From assembly GCA_051294375.1 (NCBI GenBank), contig CM119265.1:15719201-15783200 (forward strand): a DNA stretch of 64,000 nt, written 5' to 3'. A program made the position numbers and the translations under genes. This document shows, piece after piece, positions 1 to 12,580 of this stretch; positions within the stretch are counted from its first letter, which is position 1, and each line of letters begins with the position of its first letter. The notes beneath the pieces are model-generated. The model was given only the letters and a program-made list of their open reading frames with translations. It was not told the DNA's origin and searched no databases. The stretch comes from Paraspadella gotoi (lineage: Eukaryota; Animalia; Chaetognatha).

Positions 1-132
<132 letters not shown>

Positions 133-613
133 TAAACATTTCATTTTATGTGTAACATTGAAGCCAAAGTTATTTTAACTACTCGCTGACCAAGTAAGCG
201 AATTCGTCAAGCCGCGTGGGGTCATTTTGGGATGCCAGCGAAAACGTGGACGTCACCTTGAAATTGATATGATTGTGAATGACGGGCGGAAACTCAAGAG
301 AAGACAGTTTTGCCGTGACCCGGTTTTACCTTTCGAGTTTCTACGTTTCAGTTTATGTTTCTTCTTGACTGCCGGCGTCTTCATAGTTGTCGTCGTCGTC
401 GCCATCGTCATCGTCGTCATCGTCGTCGTCGCCATCGTTGACCCTTGCCATCTCGTTGGCTTCGAAGGACGCGTTTATATTTAATTTGTTTGCTGCGTCG
501 GTCAAACTGCCGCTGCGTCGTTCGCCGTTACGTTTATGATTGCTGTCTGCTGCCGTCGTTGCTGCCTCCCGTCGTCTTAAAAGTCTTTCTTCGAAACGCG
601 TCTCCCCCCGGGT

Positions 614-682
<69 letters not shown>
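614..682. repeat. (GTC)n microsatellite, one of many in the window
   Basis: Perfect cgt/gtc array; source of the poly-V/R/T ORFs here. Confidence 0.95.
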
Positions 683-683
<1 letters not shown>

Positions 684-1146
684 AATAATCATCGTCATTC
701 GCAGCATGCGATTCAAAAGGAGAAATTCATTTATACTTTTGGCAAAATGAAATGACGATGACGAAGACATCGACGACGACGACGACGACACTGACTAGGT
801 AAGCGAGAGGAAATCCGACCGGGCGGCACGACGACGACGACGACGACTATGAAACATGCTAATCTGGGCCCAAATTCGAAATGATCCCCGCTCTTGTCGA
901 CTCAAGCATTCTTCCTCGCGGACAAACTTATTTACCTTCATTTATTTTTTTTCTTCATCTTTTGTTTCTTTTTTTCTTTTTTTGTTTTATTTTCTTTATT
1001 TTGTTTACTTTTTTATTTCATAATCGACTTATCGTTTTTTCCATGTTGTCCAATGTACAATGTCCTAAAAGCTAAATTTAATGTTTTGTCGCATTGCTTC
1101 GAATGTCTGCCTTGCTTGCTTACTTCCTTTTTTTCGCAACTCTCTC

Positions 1147-1404
<258 letters not shown>

Positions 1405-2667
1405 ATATCGTTTTCGGTTGTATTTCGTCAAATCCTTTTTCGAATCCCAAATTCCTATCTGCCAAATTCTTTTTTTAATCCGCTGACCCAGATGTTTTTA
1501 TTCCGTTTGTTTCCGTGTCCCTCTTCTGCTTTACTTCGTTCTTCTTTTTTTTTCCTTTGTTGCCCTTTTTTTTTCCCAAATTTTTCGATTCACATTATCT
1601 CCGCCAAGTTGCGGTCGGTGACTCATTCGTGAAGAAAGCGCCATTTTTCGCGACGGAATCGAAAGAGGGACGGAAAGTCAGAGACTCGATCTCACTTGGA
1701 TTTTATTTCTAAATTTCCTCGTCACTTGGCCCACCCACGAAACCCTGAAGGCTTCCGAGCTCCAAGCATTGATCCACTTTTAAGTTTGCGACGTTTGTAA
1801 AAAATAACGATCACTAGAACCACTCGAAAAAAACTGTTAATACAAAAAGCATAAATGTAAACGAGTCTCGCCGAGACTTTATGACTCGAAAAAATTGTTA
1901 CTCACTTCTTCCCCTAATGCGCTCGTTTTTAAGTAATAAGTTCCGACCATTTGGTTTCACCTTCTCATCCATTATTTCTTAATTCGTTTCTCCATTAATT
2001 TTTTCCTTCCTTCCTCTTTCCACCCACACGTCCTTTTTTTTTTATGCCTTCGCGCCAATCGATTATTTCTCTTTTTCTTCTTTTTCTTTTTCTTCTTTTT
2101 CTTCTTCTCTTCTAATCAGACTCATTATTTTTCTCTTTATCCCGTTTATTTCTCATCATAATTCTCTCATTCATAGACTTCCTCGCCTAATATTTTTTTC
2201 TTCTCTCTCTCTCTCTCTCTCTCTCCTCTCTCTCCTCTCTCTCCCTTTTCTCATCCTTCCTTCTCTCATTTGTCTCGCTCTCTATCTCTTTTGCTTTTCA
2301 AACATTTCCTTCCAGTCATGTTTATATTCGTTAATAATAAAACTTCCATGGCCCAATCCAAAGACAATAACTGATTAAGTTTCACCAATAGACTCCTACG
2401 TTTTAACGATACTCGACCTCTGATTGGCTGAAATGCACTCTCCTTATTGGTTTAATGAACAAGCTTTCCTTTGAAAAGCTTCCTTCCGAGTCACACGACG
2501 AGACCTTTTTTGTTTTTCTTTTTAAAAAAAAGAAAGAAAAAATTTCCCGTCGTGAAATTTGACAGGAATCGAATAAATTCTTTTTTTTCTTTCTCTTTAA
2601 AGCGAAGAGTCTCTTTGTTTGCCGAACAGAAAAAGAATAACGTAATTTTGTCATTCCCTCTCTCTCT

Positions 2668-2703
<36 letters not shown>

Positions 2704-4150
2704 CATTTTGAACAGAGCGAAACAAAACGCATCACAGCTTGACGCTACTACTACCTGCGGATGCGAATTTAATGACAACAGAAAAAAAAACTTGATTTTT
2801 TTAGTTAAAAGAAAAAAGAAACAAAAAATTCCTTTGTTTCTTCTCTCTTCCTTTTTCCCGACGCGTTGGTACCTACCGTCTGCCAGAAAAAGTCCCCGCG
2901 CGCTTTTGGTGTGACGCCAATGTGGGTATTAGCGCCGCGTTATTTTTATAAACGCCAACTCCGATTATTCCTTCGTCTGACGCCGTCGACCTTTACGAGT
3001 TCGCCTCCAACGCAGCCATCCGATTCGTATGGGTAAAAAAAAAAATATTTCTGCACAGACGACCTTTACGAGTTCGCCTCTTTCGAAGCAACGTCTCGAT
3101 GCCATTTCCCGCTGCTCCTTGTCGCGAAACATTTTTACCAATTATAGTTTTTTCCCTCGCGACTGCCAACGACCGAAAAATCAGATGGAATCGAATCGAA
3201 ACGCCATTGTTTGGAATTGCTTTAATTTCCGCCTTCGCTTTTAATTATCGTTTCTGACGTTGCCGTTTCTACGACCCATTTTTTTCGATTCACTTCACTC
3301 GTCGCTGATAACCTTTGAACGGCATATATCTCTTTCGATTCGACGCTAAACCTCGTTTCGTTTTCGGTCAGACATATTTACATATTCATTCGTTTATTTA
3401 TTAGTTTTAATCCTTAATTTTGTGATAATTTCATTTGGTTTAAAATGACATACGTATATATTTAACTTAGCTTACTTTGAGCATTTTTTAACTACACCAA
3501 ATTGTCTAGCTTTCACTTACTGAGTTACTCTCGACTCTAGTCCCTCACCTCCCTTGACTCCATTGATCTCCTCCGCTTTATTAAGTACTACTCTTCCAAC
3601 TCTCTCCTTAACTCACCCTTCCACTCACCTCTAAACTCGCCTTAACCTCACCTTTTCCCCTTCGAAACTAATCTTTTCTCGTGACCAGACTCTTTGTTCC
3701 ACGACGTCGTCTTCTCTCGTAAATACAGACAGTTTTTGGCCGGAGTCAAACGCCCGGTTGATGGGAGGGGGAGCGGGGTTAAGGCGGGGTGAGGAAGAAA
3801 AGGTGTTGGACATAAACTTGTCCAACAAAGGAAGAGGAGTAAGTAAAATCGAGGTGAAAGAGAGAGACAGAGACAGACGCAGTCTTTCAGGGTCTGAGAA
3901 GCCCACAAGATATAGAGGCGGGGAGGAAAGAGGGGAAAAAAAGAGAAAACGCATCGAAAAATGGACAAGGGTTAAAGTTCCCGAGTGATATTGAAAAAAA
4001 ACTCAACCATAGTTTTTTTTTTCTTAAAATTCTTTCCACTTTGCGAACTTTGACTTCCCCAGGGCGAACTATCCAGAAGAAAAAAAAGGAAGGAGAGTAA
4101 AAACATGAGACGTGAATACGAAAGGAATTGAAATCAGTTTTTGTGGTCAA

Positions 4151-4294
4151 AATCGAGAGAAGTTGTCAAAGACTCTCAAGACTTGTTCGTTCGTTCGTTT
4201 GTTCGTCAGTTCGTTAACCCAATCGAGAGAAGTTGTCAAGACTCTCAAGACTTGTTCGTTAGTTAGTTGGTTCGTCAGTTCACTCACCCAATCG
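4151..4294. repeat. ~70-bp tandem duplication
   Basis: aatcgagagaagttgtcaa(a)gactctcaagacttgttcgtt starts at 4151 and again at 4221. Confidence 0.9.
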
Positions 4295-5025
4295 CACGCA
4301 TCTTTTACTGTCCTCGGGTCTTGCATTGTTGAAGAATTCTTTCCCGCGTTGGATTTTCTGAACGAGATTCTGGTCGACATTCCGTCGACAGTCTCGTCCG
4401 CATTCTGCCCTATTTTTTTTTGAGTACGAGTACGAGTACGAGAACAGTTTGGCATCTCCGCCCAGCATTCCAAGAATTGAGCCTCGAACAAAAATTTGGA
4501 AATAAAAATTTTACGAAATTAAATTTTATAAAATTAAGGAAGATCAACTTTGACAATCTACATGTAATTTTTACTTATAAATATATAAATTTAGCATATA
4601 TCTCATCGTCGTCGTCTTCGTCGTCGTCGTCGTCGTCGTCGTCGTTAACGTCCATTTAGTTTTTCGCTATCGCTCTCGATCTGTGAAAGTGTGAATACAC
4701 ACACACACACACACAAAAAAGAAGAGTGAAAACTATCGCCCTGGATTCTTGGTTAATGGCTTTTTTCTTTTTTTTTTCATTGTCGGTTCGAAAAGGGTTA
4801 GAAATTTCGATTTTATTTTATCTTGAAAACAAATGAAAAAACAAAAAAACAAAATAGCATCTCGAAGTCGAAGCCTCGAGACTCAAAAATCCTCGCTCGA
4901 TCGTCGTCGCTTAAAAAAAAACCAAAGTTCGACTTCGCTTTTCTCTTCGTTTTCCTTTCATCTTCTCACAAAAACAAAAGTCACAAAATATTACGACCAC
5001 GTTGTTTTTTTCGCCCGAAGGTGAT

Positions 5026-5140
<115 letters not shown>

Positions 5141-5298
5141 CAAGGACATCTTCATCGTGACGTGATCGTTATTGTCGTCCCAGCCACAATCGCTAATCGT
5201 CTTCGTGGAATCTCCACCTCCTCCACCTCCTCTTCATCTTCCTCTTCCTCTTCCTTGACCCTTGGAATTTCCGAGAGTTAACCCGACGACGTCGTGGA

Positions 5299-5443
5299 TC
5301 GCATAACATCTTCAAATGTTCTCGACAAACTTTGACGGTGACAACGACGAAAACAAACATCTGTAAACATCTGTTATCGAAGAAATTGTGATCTGACCAC
5401 GGGAGCGAGGGCGAAAAGCGTAGGTCCACTCATCTCTCTCTCT

Positions 5444-5511
<68 letters not shown>
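5299..5511 (+). repeat. Dispersed ~135-bp repeat, copy B, followed by a (CT)n tail
   Basis: Homologous to 1147-1282, same orientation, same tail. Confidence 0.85.
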
Positions 5512-5512
<1 letters not shown>

Positions 5513-6575
5513 TAACTACCGCCCATTTAACTCTATGACCGCAACACCGGCCGCACTCTTGTCGCCCGAATGTCACCCATAATTTTTTTCAAGTATTCCA
5601 TTTGCCGCCAAACCCACCCGACTGTCTCACCGCTCGTCACCTCCAGCCCGTCACTCCGTTTAGTTCGCTTTCCCGCCACCGCTCAACCACCACCGGCACC
5701 CGGCGGTAATGGATTCGATTCAAGTGGGAGCGAGTGAGAGAGAAGAGAGAGAGGAGAGAGAGAGAGAGAGAGAGAGAGAAGAGAGAGAAGAGAGAGAGAG
5801 AGAAGAGAGAGAGAGAAGAGAGAGAAAATCTTTAACATTACCCGTCCTCTCTCTCTCTCTCTTTTTTTTAAAAAAAACTCTTCGGCTGAAATTAATTGAA
5901 TTACGCGTGGAATTTGGAAAAATAAAATTGCCCGGTCGGAGATATTGTTTTAACTTTAAAATCACGCGCCTAATTGATTTAGTGGGGAGAGAGAAGCTAA
6001 ATTCCCGGTTAAATAAAGAACAACGCCGGATCTTCTGGGGATGAAAAGACCTTGAGCTTAGGTCAGGCGGGATTGGATATTGGACAAAAAGGCGAAACTT
6101 CAATAAAATCAATAAATTTCTTACTCGGATACAAAAAATGTATCTAAGGCTTTAAAAGAAATTTAATTCTAAACCATTTTCAAATTGAACAAACTTGCGG
6201 ACATGACATTTTCATATTTTAAAACATTCCTTAATTTCTTTTTCGTCGTCTTTGCCGTCGTCGTCTGAATATTTACTTTGTTTCTCAGTCGTCGTCGTTG
6301 TCGTCATCTTCGTCTTCTTCTTCGTTTTCTCATAGCATCCAGCGCATCATAACGTGATTTAAAAACTGTTATTTCTCATGCGATTGATTTCGATCCCTCC
6401 ATCCATCCGACCGTCTATCCATCCAGCCATCAATTCATCCGGAGAGACTTATCAGTCAGTCGGGTCGAGTTTGGAAACATTTGGACCGATGGGGACATAA
6501 GGAGGAGGAGGAGGAGGAGGATGAAGAAGAGGAGGAGGAGGTGAGGGAGGTTTCTCTCTCTCTCTCTCTCTCTCC

Positions 6576-6629
<54 letters not shown>

Positions 6630-6950
6630 GGGGGTGAGGATGATCGTGGGAGAATTCAAAATCGCGATGAATCCCTTTTTTCGCTTTTTTTTCCTTTTTT
6701 CTCTTTTTTTCGTCTTTTTTTCGCATCTGATTTTTCTTCTGTTTTCGTTTCCAAAGATAATTTTTGACATTTTAATGTTTAACTTTATATTTAAACTTCC
6801 TCAGAGTGGAATAAAAATCATTTTAACTTACATACAAATGTAATTTACTTCGCAATTTTTAAATTCTTAAATTTCCTGAATGAATTTTTAAAATCATCTT
6901 CGAAAAACCCTTTTTTTTTTCTTTGCGACATTGAAGCATTTTTAGAACCA

Positions 6951-7088
6951 NNNNNNNNNNNNNNNNNNNNNNNNNNNNNNNNNNNNNNNNNNNNNNNNNN
7001 NNNNNNNNNNNNNNNNNNNNNNNNNNNNNNNNNNNNNNNNNNNNNNNNNNNNNNNNNNNNNNNNNNNNNNNNNNNNNNNNNNNNNNNN
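6951..7088. other. Assembly gap; others at 16891-17053, 17211-17327, 29446-29470, 51215-51239, 62964-62988, 63367-63539
   Basis: Runs of N, mostly beside microsatellites; three are exactly 25 N. Confidence 0.99.
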
Positions 7089-7560
7089 AGAGAGAGAGAG
7101 AGAGAGATTTCGCAGGGCTTATGGCTCTGACGCGAAACTCGCTTTTATAACTCTCAGTTGTCATTCAATAAAATGGGGACAGCAATTTCGGGGATTTAAT
7201 TTTTTTTCCTAAAAATATATATTCATGATAAAAACGTAATTTAATTTTTTGACTCTCTTTCCTCTTGAATTTAATTAAATAAAAATCATAACACGTTTTC
7301 AATTTTTGAAATAAAACGTTTATTTGTGAAAAATTTTTCGAAGTATCTCATAATGAAATAATAAAAGAAATTATGACATTGCAAAGTTAAACAGATTGAA
7401 AACTTTTTTCCCGCCAAGTCTTAATCACTCCTCCCAATTCTCCTTCTCGTTCTCCTCCGGACTAATTTTATGAGTTTTCCCTTTTGGAAGAAAATTTAAA
7501 AAAAAAAGAAAACGAGAAAATATTACGGAGAAAACGAGTTTCAAACTAATTTACCAATGG

Positions 7561-7598
<38 letters not shown>

Positions 7599-7600
7599 AA

Positions 7601-7649
<49 letters not shown>

Positions 7650-7664
7650 AGAAGAGAGAGAAGA

Positions 7665-7695
<31 letters not shown>

Positions 7696-8062
7696 CAGAA
7701 AGAAAGAAAGAGAAGCGGGAGAAAATAAAAATCATGGTCGGAAGAATTAATATAGGGCCTGCCTTTTCCATCTCGGTCGAGAATACAGAAAATATTCCAA
7801 AGTCGAATTTCTGTTTCCGCGATTTTCTCCCATCAACGAGCGGAGACGGACGCCTCGTCATCCCGGGTTAACCCCTGGGGACCCCAGATGACCTCTAGTG
7901 ACTCTAAGAAGAACTAGGTTAAGTGCGCCGACCGCCCAAATTCCCTTTCCCAACGGAGCTCTGGCCACGTCCCTCTCTTGCCACTCCCAAGCCTTCGCCC
8001 CGCACCCCGCATCTCTTCCGCAACGTCGTCTCCCCTCTTCACCCACAACCGATGTAATTTCC

Positions 8063-9712
8063 TCATCGAAATAGAAAACTCTTCTTCGGCCGAGATCGTG
8101 CCGGGATTGGCGTTTGAGATTGCGAGGATTGACTTTGGCCAATGATTGTCCTCAGCTTGGTTGCCAACCGTGCTTGGCCTCGGCTCCCGAACGTTTTAGA
8201 TTTGCCATGATGATGGCTCAGAGCTAAATTCACAATCTCGGCGAAGAACTCGGAACAAACTTCCGCCGCGTACGATCCGTTTCAATCGATGCGTGAGAAA
8301 TTCCCAAGACGTCACGGATTAAAACCCGATGCGTAGAGTGAATTCACAAATCGGCGGAAATCGAGACCAAAAAAAAAAAAAGAATCGGGAAAGCGAATCG
8401 CCCTCACCGAATCACAAACGAATCGATGATCTCTCCGCATCGCAAATATCGCCGAATCCGAAACAGATATCGTTTTTAACATCCACATTCCATATCATCT
8501 TCATCATCATCATCGTCATCTTCATCATCATCATATCCTCTTGACCCGAATTTTTGACCTCGAAAGTCAAAACGTCTAAGATGGAAAATTCCTCGATACG
8601 AAGAATTTCAACGCGAGCGAACAAAACGGAATAGAAACGATCAGTAGAAAAATACTAATATTTATGTCTTTGTCCCGAGACGATCCAACCAATTATTTAC
8701 TTTTCATCCCACAACAATGGACCAAGCCTTCGACTTCCCATCTACAACCCAGGGTCCTCCCACGCCACCCATCTCGCCACCCTGAGGGTGTTTGCGTTTT
8801 ATACTTCACCGCCGAAAGACTTCGTCGAGGCGTGACCCGATTTTCGTCGACCTCCTTCGCCGCAGCCTTCTTCTTCGCCGTCGCCGTCGGCCATAGCCTT
8901 ATGCTTCGCCTTTGCTCTTGTCTTCAAGTTCACCGTTGCTCCTTTCTTCAGATTCGACTCCTTCTTGGTCAAAGCTTTAGTTTAAATATTTGTTTCGTGC
9001 TAAAACCTTCAATCTTCGCCTTCGTCTTCGCCTTTATATTTCGTCTTCATCTTCGTCTTTACATCTTTCGCCTTTATCTTCGTCTTCGCCTTTATATTTC
9101 GTCTTCATCTTCGTCTTTACATCTTTCACCTTTATCTTCGTCTTCGCCTTTATATTTCGTCTTCATCTTCGTCTTTACATCTTTCACCTTTATCTTCGTC
9201 TTCGCCTTTATATTTCGTCTTCATCTTCGTCTTTACATCTTTCGTCGATCGTTTTCATCGTCGTTGACGTCATCGTCGACGTAAAATTCCTTCGCGCATT
9301 CGAACGTCAAACGAATCGAAACGGCGAAGAGATTTTCTTAAACTTAAAAACCGATACTGATACTTACATTTTGTTTTTTTCGTCTCCTCGCCTCAACAAA
9401 TAAGACTTTTCAAAATTAATATTTATAAAAATTCATTGATTAAACTAACTATATGTTATATCGTTTAAAATATCATTAGAATAGCAAGAAATTTCATATT
9501 TTTATTCAAAATAATAAGAATTTCGAACGATGCATTATAAATAATCATTAGTTATGGAGTAATGAATATTAAATCTACTAAAATAACTTACCTCACGCTG
9601 TCCCACCCTCAAGTTGCACCGCGACCGCCCACCCAACCTTCCACTCACCTCGGCCCAGATGCGGCGCGAACATCTTCTCTGTTTTATCTTCTCCGCTGCC
9701 GAATACCTTCAT
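8063..9712 (-). CDS. Candidate 3-exon gene for a small basic Lys/Arg/Ser-rich protein (exons 9712-9649, 8974-8810, 8223-8063)
   Basis: Manual splicing gives one open frame with two phase-1 introns: MKVFGSGEDKTEKMFAPHLGR/ALTKKESNLKKGATVNLKTRAKAKHKAM...STKSFG/ALSHHHGKSKTFGSRGQARLATKLR...KKSFLFR*. The first donor is strong (AG|GTGAGT) and paired CCAAT boxes lie upstream, but the exon 2 acceptor is weak. No homology recognised. Confidence 0.3.
9019..9244. repeat. 58-bp minisatellite, about 4 copies
   Basis: Unit containing cttcgtcttcgcctttatatttcgtcttcatcttcgtctttacatcttt shifts 2 nt per 60-nt line; length not a multiple of 3. Confidence 0.92.
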
Positions 9713-9814
9713 TCCTACTCGTCGACGTCGTCGTCGTCGTTTTCATCGTCGTACAGACATATGAACATCTTGAACCCAGTTCGAACTTCGCATTCGACGT
9801 CGTCGGGCATTCTC

Positions 9815-9856
9815 GACCAATGAGAGCGTCGATCGTCTTTCTGACCGGCCAATGAT
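9815..9856. promoter_or_regulatory. Tandem CCAAT (NF-Y-type) boxes 32 bp apart
   Basis: gaCCAATgag (CCAAT 9817-9821) and ggCCAATgat (9849-9853), about 100-140 bp upstream of the candidate minus-strand ATG at 9712. Confidence 0.45.
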
Positions 9857-10280
9857 AACGTAGAGATCGACTCGCCGGGCTCCGGGCAAACAAAACAGCA
9901 AAGGGGGAAAAATCAACATAACAAAACGCCGAGAGATTTGGGAATGGGGGAGGATGGATTCTGGGAGGAGTTTGGATGCCGGACAAGAAATTCGTTAAAG
10001 ATAAAAATATAAAGTTCAAAACAATTATAAGCTCTGCCAATAAAAATACCGATACTATAATGATACCAAAGTAATAATTCCAATCAACTATGTATAATCA
10101 TAATATAAATATAACCGATAAGTATAACCTGTACTCTTTTAAACCTAGACTTAACATTCGTCGTTGCTTTACTCGGTCGAAATTGATCGATTATTTTTCG
10201 CAACAGTCCTGGGACCTGCGATTCGTTATTTAACAAAAAGAAAATTAGGACCAAAGATGTTTATTCCGCAGATTATCCCT

Positions 10281-10286
10281 TTTATT
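10281..10286 (-). terminator. Polyadenylation signal AATAAA of the knottin gene
   Basis: tttatt on + strand, about 24 nt past the TGA; a second copy at 10260-10265. Confidence 0.65.
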
Positions 10287-10309
10287 CTCATTAAAAATCC
10301 ACACAACGT

Positions 10310-10778
10310 TCATGGATATGGTAGAACGCACAGGTGTTCCAACCCCAGCCAGGATTTGTCAGAGCAGACGTAGGGGGAGCAGCAGCCGAGAGGTCCCCAA
10401 GCCTTGCTCGGTTCGCAACGCCGCCAGAAATGTTTGCAATTCCATGGTATCATCGAGGCGTCGCGCTAAAGAGTAAACGTTGGAAGAATAGCATCGGAGT
10501 ATAATGTTGGTTAATGGGCGCCGTCGATCCAACCCAATCTGACTCGACCATCCGATATGAATACAATTCGAACCTTGAGAATTCCTCGTTTGAAAATGTG
10601 ACGCAACGCGTGGTACTGGTCGCCATCCTTCGGAAAATAGAGTGATTCGTTAAAAATGTTTTGCCTGAAAAGTTTTTTGCATTTTATATGACGATAGACG
10701 AGAAACCTTTTTTGTTTTCTTGCTGAAAGTCGTCGTCACCAAAATCATCATTATCGTAGTTACGAGAAGAATTTTCAT
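10310..10778 (-). CDS. Secreted inhibitor-cystine-knot (knottin) toxin-like/defence peptide precursor, 93 aa, 3 exons (10778-10707, 10627-10574, 10465-10310)
   Basis: Spliced product MKILLVTTIMMILVTTTFS-KKTKK/DGDQYHALRHIFKRGILK/R-DASMIPWNCKHFWRRCEPSKAWGPLGCCSPYVCSDKSWLGLEHLCVLPYP*. Two GT-AG phase-0 introns (79 and 108 bp) with pyrimidine-rich acceptors, a hydrophobic signal peptide, a KR cleavage site, a C-C-CC-C-C framework and a downstream AATAAA. Confidence 0.88.
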
Positions 10779-11528
10779 CGCAAAAAAAAATAAAACGGAA
10801 ACTTAAGACTATGCCCTCAATTTGTAGTAATTTTCGTTTCTAAGCTAAATCTATATTCAAATTTGATTGACGCTCATCAACACGGCCTTCTCGCGGCTTG
10901 TGATTGCCTGTTGAGCTTTGTAGATGAACGCCAACAAGGAGTCATTAATGTAAGATATTAAAAGTCACAAAGGACGATTCCCGCGATTTATGAATCCGAA
11001 GCGAAGGAATTTTGAATGTGAGATTCACAAAATTCCTGAATTTGAAAGATTTACCCAAACCACCGAGCGATTCATCGAGCGTCGCCAAAAAAAAAAAATT
11101 CATCACATTTCAGTCATTTCGCCCAACTTGCGTAAATGATTGATAACGTTTCGTGAAAATCGCTTCGTTATTTTATTTTTTAAAAAAGAAAACAACTAAA
11201 ATCGAAGAAAAAAAAAACAACTAAAGAATGATTTGTTTCGACTCTAATTCAAGTTTTCGGTCGTCGGCCTTTCGTCCACTCGAAATCATTTCAGCCTCAG
11301 AGTCGCTGTCGTCGTTCATCTTTGTCCGTCATAAACTCGGATTCTATCATCGACAATTTTTTTACTTTTTTATTTCCCGATGTTGTCGTCGCTCTTTGTC
11401 TCTGTCTCTTTTTCAAAGTTGCGATTTCGAATTCAGTCGGACGCGTAAGACGGTAACTCAAATCATTTCAAATTTTTTGCATGGTGTCAGGCAGGTTGCG
11501 AGAATACTTTTTATCAATTTTGTTTTAA

Positions 11529-11614
<86 letters not shown>

Positions 11615-12190
11615 CTCTCTCACACCTTCCCATTTCACCTTGGTTCTTATTTTTTTCGATTAAAAAAAAAAAAAAAAAAAAAAAAAAATTAAAAATTGTG
11701 TTTTTGTCGGATCCGTCGAAGATATATTTTTTTTGTTTCGATCGCGAATCAGCAGATCCCCCAACAAATTCACAAGACCTGAACTCATATTCACGGAACA
11801 TTTTTTTTTTTGGTTCGTCGTAAAAACCGACAAGTATTTAGCATTTGTAGGGGACATTACTACGAAATTAACCTATTTTTCCGGCCGGAGTTCTTGCATT
11901 TCGTTCGTCTCGATCGCTTTAAACATCTCATTTTCTGTCTCGTTCAGTCAAAACAAACGTTCGTCGCGCCCGAAAGGAAGTCAGAATCTCAGCCAGTAAA
12001 CTGACGCTAATAAAGTCGGCGCGGTCGTTCGAACTCGGACGTCGAAAGTAAACAAAAGAAAACCACTGGTTCGAATGACGGATGGCGACGATGAAGGAGA
12101 CGCTTTGGCGGGAGATGGATTTAGCCTTCGAAGAATCTTGACTCCTTTGCACAACGTCGTCATCCTCTCTCGTCTTAATCTTCAAACGCT

Positions 12191-12580
12191 ATGGAGTTAG
12201 CGTCCCACTTTCTCCGCTCGCGAACGACGAGTTTGGGGAATCTACTCTCTGACGTCATCCTGCGCCACGACGTCAAACCGGAGACGTCTCCATCGCGACC
12301 GGAAATTTCCAAACCGGAACTCATTCTCGACCCGGAGATGGCGTTGGGGCGTCGCCGTCTTCGCAACGTGGCGAGTCCGCCTTTGAGACGGAAGCCAACG
12401 CCGCCGACGCCGCCGCCTCCTTCGACGCCGGACGTCTGCTCTCTCGAACGCCGGAGAAATTCTCCAGTAAGTCGAACGGCGGCGCCGATAACGTCAGTGT
12501 CCTCGTGGACGACGCCGTCGTCGCCGCCGAAGCTTCGACCCGCGCCCCCGAGACCAGAAAGAACGCCGAAGAAAGTAAAA
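12191..12580 (+). CDS. First coding exon of a Ser/Pro/Arg-rich, probably disordered protein
   Basis: ATG-initiated 130-codon GC-rich non-repetitive frame (MELASHFLRSRTTSLGNLL...PERTPKKVK) ending at the donor AAA|GTAAGT; downstream exons not resolved. Confidence 0.6.

Noticed and set aside
4151-4294. Direct repeats as a possible CRISPR array (also the 20-bp pair at 2988 and 3061)
   Set aside because: Only two units, no unique spacer series, no cas genes, eukaryotic context
4285-4410. Possible minus-strand exon (AECGRDCRRNVDQNLVQKIQRGKEFF...) ending at GTGAGT
   Set aside because: Acceptor is poly-A rather than pyrimidine-rich, two frames are open, and no partner exons could be linked
8100-8175. 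RLATKLRTIIGQSQS resembling a LINE reverse-transcriptase motif
   Set aside because: No flanking RT motifs in any frame; too short to support
8664-9403. ORFs with repeated LRLRLYISSSSS units
   Set aside because: Translation of a 58-bp minisatellite whose period breaks frame
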